Shown: positions 63,278 to 64,000 of the stretch, in pieces
How the letters are laid out: each line of letters starts with the position of its first letter
Numbering within the stretch: position 1 is the stretch's first letter
Assembly: GCF_016432865.1 (NCBI RefSeq)
Contig: NC_067399.1
Coordinates: 448,818,001 to 448,882,000 of the forward strand
Origin: Antechinus flavipes
Taxonomy: Eukaryota
Direction: 5' to 3'
Length of the DNA stretch: 64,000 nucleotides
The notes under the pieces: generated by a model
Databases searched by the model: none
Told to the model about the DNA's origin: nothing
Seen by the model: only the letters and a program-made list of their open reading frames with translations
Made by a program: the position numbers and the translations under genes

Positions 63278-64000
63278 TTTTAATAAATAAAAATCTATTT
63301 TCTCTCCCTTTCACTTACCGTCTTTGAGGGAAAAAAGGAAAATTCTTGTAACAAAAATGCATCCTCAAGCAAAATAAATTTGTCTATTGGCCCTATTAAA
63401 ACACATGGATTATAATACATGTGTATATAGGTACATATTTACACACATTTATACCTTATGTATAAACACATAGTATTTTTAACCCTGAGTCTATAACTTC
63501 TCTATCAGGAGGTGGGTAATATGCTTCCTATCAGTCCTATGAACATTTTTTTCCACTGTAATATAGTGGAATGAAAACTAACAATAGTCAGAACCAGGAT
63601 AAAAAGGAATCAAGGGCTCTAGGTCCATGGTTTTTTTCATTGCAGTCATTGACTTGATGAGCAGAATGGGTTACGGGGGGAGAGACTAGAGGCAGGAAGA
63701 CCAGTTAGCCTACAATCATGGCATAGCAATGGAGTGATCAGGACGGTCCTATAGCCGTGGCCATGAGAATGGAGAGGATGGGATGAGTTAGAGACTGAGT
63801 GAGGGCTTCCAAATTCTTTTCGATGTTCTTTCTAGACCATTGTTTCTCAACTGGTCAAACACATGCTTTGGTCTCTCCAGATAGCCTTGGGTCCTCACTT
63901 CCATTTGTCAAGTACTAATTGAGTACTTTGTCAAGTACTTACTTGGTTAACTAGGAGTTAACCAAGAGGAAAAGAGGATGAGGTAAAAATGAAAGAGCTG
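63278..64000 (+). repeat. Copy 2 of the direct repeat (runs to the window edge)
   Basis: Matches 61154-61876. Confidence 0.97.

Noticed and set aside
1-64000. CRISPR arrays, rRNA, operon-like or viral gene clusters
   Set aside because: This is mammalian repeat-rich DNA. The tandem arrays have no unique spacers, and I found no long non-L1 ORF suggesting an endogenous viral element.

Overview
Repeat-rich, AT-rich, CpG-depleted mammalian genomic DNA from a draft assembly (N gaps at 1694-1996, 49005-49290, 52048-52436, 52453-52681, 57497-57628). The repeat content points to a marsupial, probably a dasyurid such as the Tasmanian devil (inference): CORE-SINEs with Bov-B/RTE-like tails, MIR, L2, CR1/L3, RTE-type relics and marsupial-type L1 3' ends. 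I cannot identify any protein-coding gene. The ORFs I could assign are L1 ORF2 fragments, simple-repeat translations or gap artefacts; the rest look like chance ORFs. The window looks like a long intron or gene desert with several CpG- or homeobox-motif-rich islands (about 12.3, 17.3, 22.4, 32.8 and 48.0 kb) and a few small exon-like units on the + strand. The best-supported oddities are: an apparently identical 723-bp direct duplication running off the window end; a TSD-flanked L1 with an internal deletion of about 1.1 kb; an old ~260-bp local duplication with a 43/44-bp conserved motif-rich core; an isolated L1 5'UTR-like piece with ~100-bp tandem monomers; and dispersed tandem arrays of a CR1/MIR3-tail-like unit. 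I found no convincing evidence of a new biological system. Repeat family names come from visual recognition, not a database search, and boundaries of old repeats are approximate.
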